Below are positions 11,130 to 21,560 of a stretch of 64,000 nt of DNA, one piece after another. Position 1 is the stretch's first letter, and every line of letters starts with the position of its first letter. This stretch comes from Patescibacteria group bacterium (lineage in GTDB: Bacteria > Patescibacteriota > Microgenomatia > Levybacterales > UBA12049). The position numbers and the translations under genes are program-made. The DNA lies in NCBI GenBank assembly GCA_035946335.1, contig DASYZL010000006.1:175664-239663 (forward strand). Direction: 5' to 3'. The notes below the pieces were generated by a model that had not been told where the DNA came from, did not search any database, and was given only the letters and a program-made list of their open reading frames with translations.

Positions 11130-12110
11130 TTATGCTACCGCTGTTCCTTCAGCTGTTTCTTCCTGATGCTCTTTGATTTCTATGCGCCATCCGGTTAATT
11201 TGCTTGCCAGGCGTGCGTTTTGCCCTTCCTTACCGATTGCAATAGATAACTGATCCGCAGGTGCGTCAACAAAGGCAGTTTGATTCGTTTCATCAAGAGT
11301 TATGCGTAAATCTTTTGCCGGTGAGAGTGCATTGATAATAAAAGTCTTTTTGTCTTCAACCCATTGAATAATATCTATCTTTTCTGCTCCATTAAATTCC
11401 TGGATAACGGCCTGTACTCGTACCCCTTTTTGGCCGACAAGACTGCCAACCGGATCAATACCTGATCCAACTGCTGCTACCGCAACCTTTGATCGTGAAC
11501 CGGCTTCACGCGCAATATCTTTGATCACAACGCTCCCTTGGGCAAGCTCTGGAACTTCTCGTTTAAATAACCCTTCCAAAAGGCTTTTATCAGCGCGCGA
11601 AACAATAATTTCTTCGCCGCGCGTACCTTCACGAATATCCAGAATAACAATAGAAAATCGTTGATTGACATGGTATCTTTCAGAGGAAATCTGTTCCTCT
11701 TTGGGCATAATTGCCTCTGCTTTCCCAATATCAATAATAATATTAGGGCCTACAAACCGCAGCACCATACCATTTACCACAGTACCGATTTTTTTTCGAA
11801 AATCAGTAATAATTGCTTCCTTTTCTTTCTCGCGTACTTTCTGTAAAATGACTTGTTTTGCGGTTTGGGCGGCGATACGACCAAAACCAGGAGGAGTTAC
11901 ATCGGTATCACCATGGATAATGTGTGCTTCTCCTGAATTTCTGTTGAGATTAACCGAATATTCTTCTACGATAATATCGGGGTGGTCTTTACGATATGCC
12001 GCAAGAATAGCATTTTCAACTGCCTCTAAAATCACAGAAACGTCAACACCACGTTCTGTCGCGACTTGATTGAGCGCTAAGTAAAATTCACTTCGCTGCA
12101 CTGCTGGCAT
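11130..12110 (-). CDS. nusA: Transcription termination/antitermination factor NusA
   Basis: FGRIAAQTAKQV, AREAGSRSKVAV, AIGKEGQNARLA; start set at MPAVQ. Confidence 0.97.
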   Translation of the reverse strand: MPAVQRSEFYLALNQVATERGVDVSVILEAVENAILAAYRKDHPDIIVEEYSVNLNRNSGEAHIIHGDTDVTPPGFGRIAAQTAKQVILQKVREKEKEAIITDFRKKIGTVVNGMVLRFVGPNIIIDIGKAEAIMPKEEQISSERYHVNQRFSIVILDIREGTRGEEIIVSRADKSLLEGLFKREVPELAQGSVVIKDIAREAGSRSKVAVAAVGSGIDPVGSLVGQKGVRVQAVIQEFNGAEKIDIIQWVEDKKTFIINALSPAKDLRITLDETNQTAFVDAPADQLSIAIGKEGQNARLASKLTGWRIEIKEHQEETAEGTAVA

Positions 12111-12173
12111 ACTTCGACATAGTATACCAGATTGGCAAAATGACTTCAACGAAGAACATGGTATACTACCAGT

Positions 12174-13028
12174 ATGCTTTCATATGTGACAGCGATATTT
12201 TTAGGTATGCTGCAGGGCATTACTGAATTATTTCCTGTCTCAAGTCTTGGACATAGTGTTATCGCACCAAAACTTTTTCATCTTTCACTGAATCAGAACG
12301 CACCGTATTTTCTTACCTTTCTTGTTGCAACGCACGCTGCAACTGCGCTTGTTTTGTTTCTTTTCTTTTTCAGCGACTGGAAAAAAATTATTGCGGGGTT
12401 CCTCCGTTCACTGAAAAATAGAGAGATTCATGAGGATGATACCTACGCCAAACTCGCATGGCTATTGATTGTGGGAACAATTCCAGCCGGCCTGCTTGGC
12501 GTCCTATTTGAAGATATATTAAAAAATCTTTTCGCATCCCCGCAACTTGTCGCAGGTGTTTTAGTCTTGAATGGTTTATTGCTGTTAACCGCAGAACAAC
12601 TTGGCAAAAAAAAGAACCAAAAATCAGGCACAGAAGGAAGCGATAGAAGGATTGCAAAATTATCCTGGAAGCAGACACTGCTTGTTGGCATATTGCAATG
12701 CCTTGCACTTATTCCAGGATTTTCTCGCACAGGATCTGCAATGACAGGCGGACTGCTTACCGGACTCTCCCATGAGGACAGTGGTCGCTTTGCATTTTTA
12801 CTTGCAACACCAATTATTGCCGGGGCAGCATTGGTCAAACTCCCTGAACTAGCATCGGATCAAAGCTCAATTGGACCAACGATTGTGGGTGCCGTGTTTG
12901 CCGGAGTTAGTGCATATTTTTCAGTAACGTTTCTCGTAAAGTATTTTCAGACAAAAACGTTACTCCTTTTTGCGTTATATTGCATGATTGCCGGATTACT
13001 CGTGAGTGGATTTTTCCTGTTTAGATGA
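12174..13028 (+). CDS. uppP: Undecaprenyl-diphosphate phosphatase (BacA family)
   Basis: QGITELFPVSSLGH and PGFSRTG motifs, multiple TM helices. Confidence 0.95.
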   Translation: MLSYVTAIFLGMLQGITELFPVSSLGHSVIAPKLFHLSLNQNAPYFLTFLVATHAATALVLFLFFFSDWKKIIAGFLRSLKNREIHEDDTYAKLAWLLIVGTIPAGLLGVLFEDILKNLFASPQLVAGVLVLNGLLLLTAEQLGKKKNQKSGTEGSDRRIAKLSWKQTLLVGILQCLALIPGFSRTGSAMTGGLLTGLSHEDSGRFAFLLATPIIAGAALVKLPELASDQSSIGPTIVGAVFAGVSAYFSVTFLVKYFQTKTLLLFALYCMIAGLLVSGFFLFR

Positions 13029-13241
13029 TTTCTTTCCGCTTTGAAACCACACGAACGCAAACACACCTAACCCAAGCAGTAAGGCGGCAACCGCATGGGT
13101 ATAATGATGTCGAGCGAGTGTCGAACTATAGCCGGGAAAGAACTGCGGTAAGGAACGCGCAGGCTCAAGAACATAGAGTACTGCAATTACGATAAGGAGG
13201 AAACCAACAATACTTCCCAGAACGACAACTATTTTTTGCAT
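12996..13241 (-). CDS. Small two-TM membrane protein
   Basis: Two hydrophobic helices around a PA.SLP.FFPGY...HH loop; start set at MQKIV. Confidence 0.6.
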   Translation of the reverse strand: MQKIVVVLGSIVGFLLIVIAVLYVLEPARSLPQFFPGYSSTLARHHYTHAVAALLLGLGVFAFVWFQSGKKSSKQEKSTHE

Positions 13242-13325
13242 ACTCTTAGTTTGCGGAAAAAATGCGTAGATGTCAATGTATTTTTGTATTTGACATTTGC
13301 CTTTGATTCTCTTAATAATATAACT

Positions 13326-13964
13326 ATGGACACACAACAGCCAATAGTTCCCCCACAAATGCCAGATCAGAATACTCCTCAACCAGAACAATCAACAGGA
13401 AAACAAAAAGGAAATACGCCGTATTTTCCACCACGTACTATTGTCCTGATCGGTCTGCTTGCTGTGTTTACTGTGATCTTGCTCTTTATATCTTTTTGGG
13501 GAAAGCTATCGGGACAACGAGTTACAGAAAAATTACCTGTACCTACACCTACTCCTAATTTTGCCCATAGTATCCTTCGCATCATGCCTTCAGCCTCAGC
13601 AAGCGCGTCACCTGCAGAAGATGTCACTATTGACACCACAACAAATATTGTCAATGGTGTTCAATTTGAACTTTCGTATGATCCGTCTGTTGTCACTAAC
13701 GTAATAATTACTCCTGGCCCATTCTTCTCCCACCCAATTATCCTGTTTGACAATGTTGACCAGAAAAACGGACGGATTTCATGCGCACTTGCTTTAGCAC
13801 CACAAGACACCGGCGTACAAGGAACAGGTGTTGTCGCAACTATCTCATATACAAAATTTAATGCAGCGCAGCCAGCCGTGTTCCATTTTCTTCCGAAAAC
13901 AAAAGTGAGTGAAAAGGGAATTCTTGACTCTGTTCTTAAAAAAACTGAAGAATCTGCTTATTAA
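13326..13964 (+). CDS. Membrane-anchored cohesin-like domain protein
   Basis: TM helix, PT linker, then GVQFELSYDP...G.G.VATI.Y cohesin-type beta-sandwich pattern. Confidence 0.65.
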   Translation: MDTQQPIVPPQMPDQNTPQPEQSTGKQKGNTPYFPPRTIVLIGLLAVFTVILLFISFWGKLSGQRVTEKLPVPTPTPNFAHSILRIMPSASASASPAEDVTIDTTTNIVNGVQFELSYDPSVVTNVIITPGPFFSHPIILFDNVDQKNGRISCALALAPQDTGVQGTGVVATISYTKFNAAQPAVFHFLPKTKVSEKGILDSVLKKTEESAY

Positions 13965-16321
13965 TTAACAACTGTTGCGTGGATGAGCGGTGTTTTCCTT
14001 TTTGCTTTCAGGGATTGTGTCAATGCAATAGGCAATACGTCATCCATATGTGAAACAAACGAGAAGTGTAAATCATTTATTACTTCCTTTGGTACATCTT
14101 CCAGATCTTTTTTGTTTTCTTTCGGAAGAATGACTGTTTTGATCCCAGAACGGTGTGCAGCAATAACTTTTTCTTTTACCCCACCAATTTCCAAAGCTCG
14201 CCCTCGCAATGTCACCTCACCAGTCATTGCAACGGTACGATTCACCGGAATTTTGCTGAGTGCTGACAACATTGCCGTTGTAATGGCAAGCCCGGCACTT
14301 GGCCCGTCTTTTGGTACAGCGCCTTCGGGTACGTGGACATGAATATCCGTTTTCTGGAAGACCTTATCGCTAATGCCAAACGTGCTTGCCTGTGATCTGA
14401 TATACGACAGCGCAGCTTGCGCTGATTCTTTCATCACGTCCCCTAATTGTCCGGTCAGCGTTAAATGACCACGTCCAGGCATGAGAGCAACTTCAATGAA
14501 AAGAATGTCACCACCTGCTTCTGTCCATGCAAGACCAGTTGACATTCCCGTCTGATCTTTTTTTTCAATTAATGTATCGTTGAAGATAATTGGTCCGAGG
14601 AATTTGGTAATATCTTTTTCGGTAACAGAAACTGCTTTTTTCTTACCTTCAGCAATTTTCTTTGCAACTTTTCGAAAAACGCTTGCAAGCTTTCTCTCAA
14701 GATTTCGTACCCCTGCTTCACGGGTATAATGAGTAGTGACAGATTTGATTGCTTCATCGGTAATGCTGATTTGCTGCTCCTTAAGTCCGTTCATGTCACG
14801 CAGTTTTTTCAAAAGGAAATTCTTGGCAATATGAAATTTTTCATCCTGTGTGTAACCGGCAAACTGAATAATCTCCAATCTATCTCGTAAGGCAGGTGGA
14901 ATGGTGTCCAGTACATTTGCTGTTGTAATAAACATAACATTTGATAAATCAAACGGAACTTCCAAGTAGTGGTCTGAGAAAGCATTGTTCTGCTCCGGAT
15001 CAAGCGCTTCTAAAAGTGCACTTGATGGATCACCGCGAAAATCAGTACCTACTTTATCAATCTCATCAAGCATAAAGACTGGATTTTTTGTCCCGGCATC
15101 TTTAATTCCTTGAATAATTCGTCCTGGTAATGCACCAACATAGGTTCGTCTATGTCCGCGAATTTCCGCTTCATCCCTGATACCGCCCAGGGACACTTTG
15201 ACAAACTTTCTTCCCAGTGCCTTTGCGATCGATTTTCCGATAGATGTTTTTCCTACACCCGGTGGACCCACAAAACAGAGGATTGGTCCTTTCATTTTCC
15301 CAGCGAGCTTTCGAACAGCCAGATATTCAATAATCCGTTCTTTTGCTTTCTTCAACCCGAAATGTTCTTCGTCCAGTATTCTCTCTGCTGACCTGATGTT
15401 TACCGTATCTTTACTTTCCTTACTCCATGGTAAATCAATAAGCCACTCAATGTAATTTCTAATATATCCTGCTTCCGGGTTAAATTGATTCATCTGTGAC
15501 AGTTTTTTTACTTCTTTCTTTGCTTTTTCTTCAACGTCTTCCGGCATACCGGCTTTTTTCACTTTATCCAGTAACTCTTTTGTCTCACCAATTTCTTCAC
15601 CCTCTTCTCCCAGTTCTTTCTCTATGGTTTTCATCCGCTCGCGCAGAATTGCTTCCCGCGCACCTTTTTCAAACCGTTCCTGCGTCTTATTGGCAATTTT
15701 TCGCTCAAGCTCAAGAATTTTAATTTCCCGTCCCAAAAAGTCTGCAACTTTGTTCAACCTGTCCTTAACATTACCCATCTCCAAAAGCATTTGCCTGTCT
15801 GCTTGCTTAATGTCCAAAACAGATGCAACCAAATCAGCAAGTTCAGAAGGAGAGACATCTGACATGATGTTCATAAAAACGAGAAAGTCTGTTGACTTAC
15901 CCAAATTCATGGCACGACGGAATTCATTTGCTATGTGATTACAAAGCGCTTTGACCTCAGCAGAATCTTCCAGTTCTTCAGGAATTTCAACAACTCTTGC
16001 CATCAAATGACTATCATGTTCTTCGTATGAAAGAATTTTCACACGGGAAAGTCCTCGAACTTGCGCATTGATGGTTCCGTCAGTACGGATCATGCGTTCA
16101 ATACGGGAAAGCGTTCCAATCTCATATAAATCTGATGTTGAAGGATCATTGACGCGCGCGTTTTTCTGCAATACCAAACAGACAATGCGTTCACGTTGAA
16201 ATGATGATTCAAGAGCAGCAAGACTCTTGGGCCTGCCAAAAGTTAAGACGGAATCTGTGTGTGGAAAAATCACACCGTCTCGGAACGGAATAATTGGTAC
16301 GAGTGTCGTTGCAGTATCCAT
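13961..16321 (-). CDS. lon: ATP-dependent Lon protease
   Basis: GPPGVGKTS, DEAEIRGHRRTY, PKDGPSAG catalytic Ser, IGGVKEK. Confidence 0.98.
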   Translation of the reverse strand: MDTATTLVPIIPFRDGVIFPHTDSVLTFGRPKSLAALESSFQRERIVCLVLQKNARVNDPSTSDLYEIGTLSRIERMIRTDGTINAQVRGLSRVKILSYEEHDSHLMARVVEIPEELEDSAEVKALCNHIANEFRRAMNLGKSTDFLVFMNIMSDVSPSELADLVASVLDIKQADRQMLLEMGNVKDRLNKVADFLGREIKILELERKIANKTQERFEKGAREAILRERMKTIEKELGEEGEEIGETKELLDKVKKAGMPEDVEEKAKKEVKKLSQMNQFNPEAGYIRNYIEWLIDLPWSKESKDTVNIRSAERILDEEHFGLKKAKERIIEYLAVRKLAGKMKGPILCFVGPPGVGKTSIGKSIAKALGRKFVKVSLGGIRDEAEIRGHRRTYVGALPGRIIQGIKDAGTKNPVFMLDEIDKVGTDFRGDPSSALLEALDPEQNNAFSDHYLEVPFDLSNVMFITTANVLDTIPPALRDRLEIIQFAGYTQDEKFHIAKNFLLKKLRDMNGLKEQQISITDEAIKSVTTHYTREAGVRNLERKLASVFRKVAKKIAEGKKKAVSVTEKDITKFLGPIIFNDTLIEKKDQTGMSTGLAWTEAGGDILFIEVALMPGRGHLTLTGQLGDVMKESAQAALSYIRSQASTFGISDKVFQKTDIHVHVPEGAVPKDGPSAGLAITTAMLSALSKIPVNRTVAMTGEVTLRGRALEIGGVKEKVIAAHRSGIKTVILPKENKKDLEDVPKEVINDLHFSFVSHMDDVLPIALTQSLKAKRKTPLIHATVVN

Positions 16322-16410
16322 AGGAATGTATTAGCACTCTATCATATAGATTTGCTAATTGTCAAGAACCATTGACATGGCTACAGACAGGCTTCTACAA
16401 TGAAACCATT

Positions 16411-17598
16411 ATGTTGTACGCAAGTCAACTCCTTGGCAAAAAAGTCTATCAGGACAATAAAGTCTACGGGAAACTGATTGACATGGCGATTGTTGAAAAT
16501 CGTCCGAACCCTCCTGTTTCAAAAATTGAAATTAAGCATAACAAGAAAAAAGTCACGATTTCCCCATTGGCACTTTCCTTGAAAAACGGAAGATTGACAA
16601 TAACAACACAGCATATTCCACAGTTACCATACGATCATAAAGATTTTTATCTGGGTGAAGATTTACTTGACAAACAGGTTATCGATACTGACGGCAAACG
16701 ACTGGTACGGGTAAACGACGTTTTACTGGAGACTGATGAGAATGGTAAATTTCTCGTTGCTGGCATTGATGTTGGCTTTGACGGCGTATTGCGTCGACTC
16801 GGCCTACCGTTCTCAATGCATAAAAAAATTCTTCCATGGACAACCGTTGAGGCGCTTGACTATGATACTGGCGCAGTGCGGCTCAATGTCAAGGAACCTG
16901 CCCTTAGCACTCTCCACCCATCTGAAATAGCAAATATTCTTGAGGATGCAGGCACTAAAGAACGAGTCGGTATCGTTTCATCACTTCCGGCAAATCAGGC
17001 TGCACGGGCAATTGAAGAAGCAGATGATGAAACACAAGTTTCCATTCTTGAAAGTGTTACGCCGGCAATTTTCAAAAATATTATCAATAAGATGCACATT
17101 TCCGAAATTGCAGATGTTTTTAATGAGCTCACACCGGAAAGAGCGAAAGAACTCCAGGACGCACTGGGCGTTGAGCGGTCAGGGACAATCAAACGTCTTT
17201 CCTATTTTTCCGACAATGTTGCAGGGGGACTTATGAGAGAGCATTTTCTTAGCGTAAAAGGCAATATAACGATAAAAGAATTGCAAAAAGTTTTTCTGGA
17301 ATTACCAAATATCCCTGAATCCATTGTCATAACAAATGACAGTGAGAAACTGGTCGGCATACTGCAAACAAAGGATATTCTACGTTTTGACACGCTTGCA
17401 CGCCTTTCAGACATAGTCACAGAAAAAAAGTTTGTCTATCCACAAACATCTTTACGGGAAATTCTCCGGCTTTTTTCCCAATATAATTTGCGCGCGCTTC
17501 CGGTTATTGATAAAAACAAAAAGCCAATCGGACTTTTGGTCATCGACGATTTACTTGCACTGATTGAAGAGGAAAAAGAAAACAATGAAAACATATAA
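16411..17598 (+). CDS. PRC-barrel/MgtE-N/CBS magnesium transporter accessory protein
   Basis: LLDKQVIDTDGKRLVRVND, LHPSEIANILE, paired CBS domains; coupled to NRAMP gene. Confidence 0.8.
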   Translation: MLYASQLLGKKVYQDNKVYGKLIDMAIVENRPNPPVSKIEIKHNKKKVTISPLALSLKNGRLTITTQHIPQLPYDHKDFYLGEDLLDKQVIDTDGKRLVRVNDVLLETDENGKFLVAGIDVGFDGVLRRLGLPFSMHKKILPWTTVEALDYDTGAVRLNVKEPALSTLHPSEIANILEDAGTKERVGIVSSLPANQAARAIEEADDETQVSILESVTPAIFKNIINKMHISEIADVFNELTPERAKELQDALGVERSGTIKRLSYFSDNVAGGLMREHFLSVKGNITIKELQKVFLELPNIPESIVITNDSEKLVGILQTKDILRFDTLARLSDIVTEKKFVYPQTSLREILRLFSQYNLRALPVIDKNKKPIGLLVIDDLLALIEEEKENNENI

Positions 17599-18823
17599 AC
17601 GAGCTCTCAGCAGATTACTGCCGATTTTAGTAATACTCGGACCGGGAATCATTTCCGGATCGGTTGATAATGATGCGGGTGGAATAACAACCTATTCACT
17701 TGCTGGTGCACAATTTGGTCTCAAGCTTATTTGGATACTTTTTTTGACAACATTTTGTCTTGATATTACACAGGCAGTTGGCGCACGGATGGGTCTGGTA
17801 ACAGGAAAGGGGTTAGGAGCGCTCATTCGGGAGAAGTATGCTGTCAAATGGGCAGTTTTCACCATGGCTGTACTCCTCCTTGCTAACGTGGGCGTTGCTG
17901 CATCAGAGTTTGCCGGAATCGCCTCAGCTCTCCAAATATTTCATGTAAGCAAATTCATCTCAGTACCATTGTTTGCAATAATCGTATATCTCTTTGTCAT
18001 CAAAGGAAGTTTTAAAAAACTTGAACAATTTTTTCTTCTCGCTTCAGCCTTCTACCTTGTATATATTGTTTCTGCAGTTCTCGCACACCCCAACTGGACT
18101 GAGGCAGTTAAGAGTCTGGTTATACCTACTCTCAGTTTTAAAAAAGATTTCATTATTACCGCTATCGCAGTTATTGGCACGACGATTACGCCTTGGGGAC
18201 AGTTTTTCATTCAAGATTACGTTGTGGATAAAAAACTTGGAAAAGAAGATATTCATGTTGAGCGGCTTGACGTCTTCCTGGGTTCTTGGCTGACAAATTT
18301 TATCGCATTTTTTATCATGGTTGCTTGCGCGGCAACAATCTTTATCTATGGCCAGACAATCAATGATGCAGGAGATGCTGCAAAAGCACTCCAGCCTTTA
18401 GCCGGACAATTTGCCTCGCTACTATTTGCATTCGGGTTTCTTAATGCCGGCATTTTTGGTGCTGCTCTCGTTCCTGTGTCAACATCGTATGTTATCTGTA
18501 ACACGCTCGGATTCGAACACGGTCTGAATTTTCATTTTAAAGAGGCACCGCAATTCTATGGCATATTTGCATTTATTATATTTGTCGGGGCACTATTAAC
18601 TATTCTTCCCTTTATACCTCTGCTAACGATCCTTTTCTGGGCGCAGGTTATTAACGCTATCCTTTTGCTGCCAATTTTAGTTTTTGTTTTCCTCTTATCA
18701 AACGACAAAAAACTTCTTGGCAAGTATTGTAATGGGAAAATTTTTAATGCGGTTATTATTGCTACGTTTCTTATTATCGCGGCAAGCACTATCGCTTATA
18801 TTGTCTCTCAGTTTATCGGTTAA
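17585..18823 (+). CDS. NRAMP-family divalent metal transporter (Mg-type clade)
   Basis: GPG....DNDAGGITTY and GTTITPW motifs, about 11 TM helices. Confidence 0.88.
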   Translation: MKTYKRALSRLLPILVILGPGIISGSVDNDAGGITTYSLAGAQFGLKLIWILFLTTFCLDITQAVGARMGLVTGKGLGALIREKYAVKWAVFTMAVLLLANVGVAASEFAGIASALQIFHVSKFISVPLFAIIVYLFVIKGSFKKLEQFFLLASAFYLVYIVSAVLAHPNWTEAVKSLVIPTLSFKKDFIITAIAVIGTTITPWGQFFIQDYVVDKKLGKEDIHVERLDVFLGSWLTNFIAFFIMVACAATIFIYGQTINDAGDAAKALQPLAGQFASLLFAFGFLNAGIFGAALVPVSTSYVICNTLGFEHGLNFHFKEAPQFYGIFAFIIFVGALLTILPFIPLLTILFWAQVINAILLLPILVFVFLLSNDKKLLGKYCNGKIFNAVIIATFLIIAASTIAYIVSQFIG

Positions 18824-21198
18824 AATCCCTCATCTGATAGAAGGGTGAATGTCCCATTTTGGGAAACATCAACATGGACGCGTGCACCACGAGACAATGT
18901 ATTTGTCAGTACCTGTTTGGCAAGCATACTTTCAATAGTATCTTGAATATACCGTCGTAGTGGCCTTGCACCAAATTGTTTGTCATATCCCTCCTGTGCA
19001 ACTTTTTTGACTACAGCAGATGAAAAAGATACGGCAATATCCTGCTCGGAAAGCCGTTTTGCGGTTTGTTGCAAGAGCAGCTGGACAACCTTCTCTAGTT
19101 GTAACGGCATGAGCGGCTTGAACGCGATAATTCCATCAAACCGGTTAAGAAGTTCAGGCTTAAATACTCTCTGCTGTTCCAGGCTATCAACAAGGTCTGC
19201 CTGAAATGCTTTATCGATACCCCCTCCCTGCTGTATGTGTTCACGGATAAGCTCAGAAGCCGCATTGGATGTCGCGATAATAATCGTATTCACGAATGAC
19301 ACGGTTTTTCCCTGTCCGTCGGTAAGTCTTCCATCGTCGAAAACTTGCAGAAATAAGTTGAGAATATCTGCATGTGCTTTCTCAAATTCATCTAATAATA
19401 CCAAGGAAAACGGATTGTCGTGAACTTTTTCGGTAAGTTCACCTCGAGAAGCAGGTGAACCGATGAGTTTTGCCATTCCGGTTTCGCCTGCATACTCACT
19501 CATATCAAACCGGAGCATTTTGTCTTCTCCCCCAAAATAGATGCTCGCAAGTGCTTTAGCGGTTTCTGTTTTACCGACTCCTGTAGGGCCCAAAAAGAGA
19601 AACGAGATAGGTTTCGTTGGCGAAGCCATACCAGACCGGACCCTTCGTAACGCCTCAGCAATTTCTGTAACGGCTTCATCCTGTCCGATAACCCGATCAT
19701 GCAATAATGTTTCTAAATGGAGCAAAACATTCTTTTCTTCTCCAGTAGGCTCTGCAATATTAATATGCGTTTTTACGGTAATGATTTTTGCAACTGTTTC
19801 CGCAGTCAGTGTATTTCCTGTTGTCGCAGCGTTATATAGCACTGCAGCTACGCTATCTTCTAAAAGTCTGATTGCACTTCCCGGTAGTACATCATCCTGA
19901 CTATAACGTGATGCATATAATACTGCTGCCGTAACAGCGGTGTAGGTTATGTTCACTCTGTTTGTCTCCTGTATTTCCTCAGCTTTATCCAGGAGCATTT
20001 GTATGGCTTCTGGGATAGACGGCTCACGAAGTTCTATTGGAGTAAATGCAGTCTTAAGTGGATTGTTTTCAAAGTACATTTTATATGCAGCTGGCGTCAT
20101 TGTTGCAATAACCGGCATGGAATTACTACGAAGGTATGGCAGCAATATACCGGAAATGTCCAACCCTGATACACCAAGAACGTTTTGTAACTGGGGGATA
20201 AATAAAACAACATTGTGCGCATGCGAGACTTCATCAATAATTGCCTGCAGGCGCTTCTCTAACTCGCCACTTTCCCGTGCTCCCGCAAGCAAGGAGTTAA
20301 CGAGTAGTTCAAGAACCTTTTTATGGTTTTGTTTTTTTCCAAGCTGACTGGAGAAACTCAGTTGAGCGAAAGCTGCGACAAGATTTGTTTTACCGACACC
20401 GTTTTCTCCGATAAGAAGTGCATTGTTGTTTTCGGGTTTTGAAAGTGCCTCAAGCAACTCCGTAAATTCTTTTTCTCTTGCGGAAAGATGTATATGTTTA
20501 TGGTGCAATATCTCTGCAAAATCCCTTGTATATTTTTTTGTCTCCAGTGTCCAACCGCTTACCCAGTACTCACCGATACCTTCTCCCCACAAACTCACTC
20601 TCATTTTTTTCGGATGCTCTTCAGAGGGAAATGAATACAGTGCCCAATAGGCAATGTGCGGAACTTCATCTTCTTTTATTTTTTTCTTGAGCAGTATTTT
20701 CGTCCGATCTTCCGTTAGTAGGAGATATGCAGTAATAAGATCGATTGTTGTTACATAGACACCATTTCTCATGCGCGCTAAACGGTAAGCTGTAGCAAGA
20801 AGCATCTCTATCGGTACATCCAATACTGACAACTCGTTAGGAAGTACCTCTGCTTTTTCCAGAAAGAATTTTATTTGTTCTTTTGATAATAAATTTTTTA
20901 TCATTTGCCCAATACTTCCTTCCAGCAGGGATTCTGTTGCCTGCAGGGTAAGCGCTTTACGGACATCCTGTTCAGTAATTTGCATAACGGTTTTATCAGG
21001 CAACTTCTTACCAATATAAAACAGGAAAAAAACATCACTCATGACAATGCAGGAGAGCAAAAAGAGTGGATATTTAATAATCGCAACGTTCTGCACATTG
21101 AGAAGGACAATACCAATAAGGACAATGAATACTGCAAGCTTTACCCCTGATACAAGGATTGATGCATATAACTTGTTTTGTCGCGCAATAGTTTCCAT
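18820..21198 (-). CDS. ClpA/B-family AAA+ ATPase with N-terminal membrane segments
   Basis: Walker A motifs GENGVGKT and GPTGVGKT, LLDEFEKAH, FKPELLNRFD, GARPLRR. Confidence 0.85.
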   Translation of the reverse strand: METIARQNKLYASILVSGVKLAVFIVLIGIVLLNVQNVAIIKYPLFLLSCIVMSDVFFLFYIGKKLPDKTVMQITEQDVRKALTLQATESLLEGSIGQMIKNLLSKEQIKFFLEKAEVLPNELSVLDVPIEMLLATAYRLARMRNGVYVTTIDLITAYLLLTEDRTKILLKKKIKEDEVPHIAYWALYSFPSEEHPKKMRVSLWGEGIGEYWVSGWTLETKKYTRDFAEILHHKHIHLSAREKEFTELLEALSKPENNNALLIGENGVGKTNLVAAFAQLSFSSQLGKKQNHKKVLELLVNSLLAGARESGELEKRLQAIIDEVSHAHNVVLFIPQLQNVLGVSGLDISGILLPYLRSNSMPVIATMTPAAYKMYFENNPLKTAFTPIELREPSIPEAIQMLLDKAEEIQETNRVNITYTAVTAAVLYASRYSQDDVLPGSAIRLLEDSVAAVLYNAATTGNTLTAETVAKIITVKTHINIAEPTGEEKNVLLHLETLLHDRVIGQDEAVTEIAEALRRVRSGMASPTKPISFLFLGPTGVGKTETAKALASIYFGGEDKMLRFDMSEYAGETGMAKLIGSPASRGELTEKVHDNPFSLVLLDEFEKAHADILNLFLQVFDDGRLTDGQGKTVSFVNTIIIATSNAASELIREHIQQGGGIDKAFQADLVDSLEQQRVFKPELLNRFDGIIAFKPLMPLQLEKVVQLLLQQTAKRLSEQDIAVSFSSAVVKKVAQEGYDKQFGARPLRRYIQDTIESMLAKQVLTNTLSRGARVHVDVSQNGTFTLLSDEGF

Positions 21199-21200
21199 AC

Positions 21201-21527
21201 CTATACAAAAAGAATTGCTACTGTAATAAACGGCCAGCAAAGAAAAAGCAACAGGAGTAACAACTCTCCGGCTATAAGTACTGCAAAAAGTACTATATCA
21301 ACAAGAATGACAAAACTTTTGATAGTCATACCCATTCCGATGGCAAAACTGACTAATCCTTTGCGATATTCGTTTTTCCAGGGACGGAAGAATGTCTGAA
21401 CAAGGAGAGGTAAGGAAAACAATTCTAAAAACGCACTGTTCATGGACATAAAGTATTGCCATATATTTTTCGGTGCAATGAAAAACCAGAACGTAAAAAA
21501 AAGCAGGATAATACTAAAGCCCTCCAT
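21201..21527 (-). CDS. Small membrane protein upstream of Clp ATPase
   Basis: Hydrophobic ORF with FS..LL..TFF.PWK motif, 2 nt from the Clp start. Confidence 0.7.
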   Translation of the reverse strand: MEGFSIILLFFTFWFFIAPKNIWQYFMSMNSAFLELFSLPLLVQTFFRPWKNEYRKGLVSFAIGMGMTIKSFVILVDIVLFAVLIAGELLLLLLFLCWPFITVAILFV

Positions 21528-21560
21528 TATGAGTAGTATACGGATTTTACCCCTAGAATG

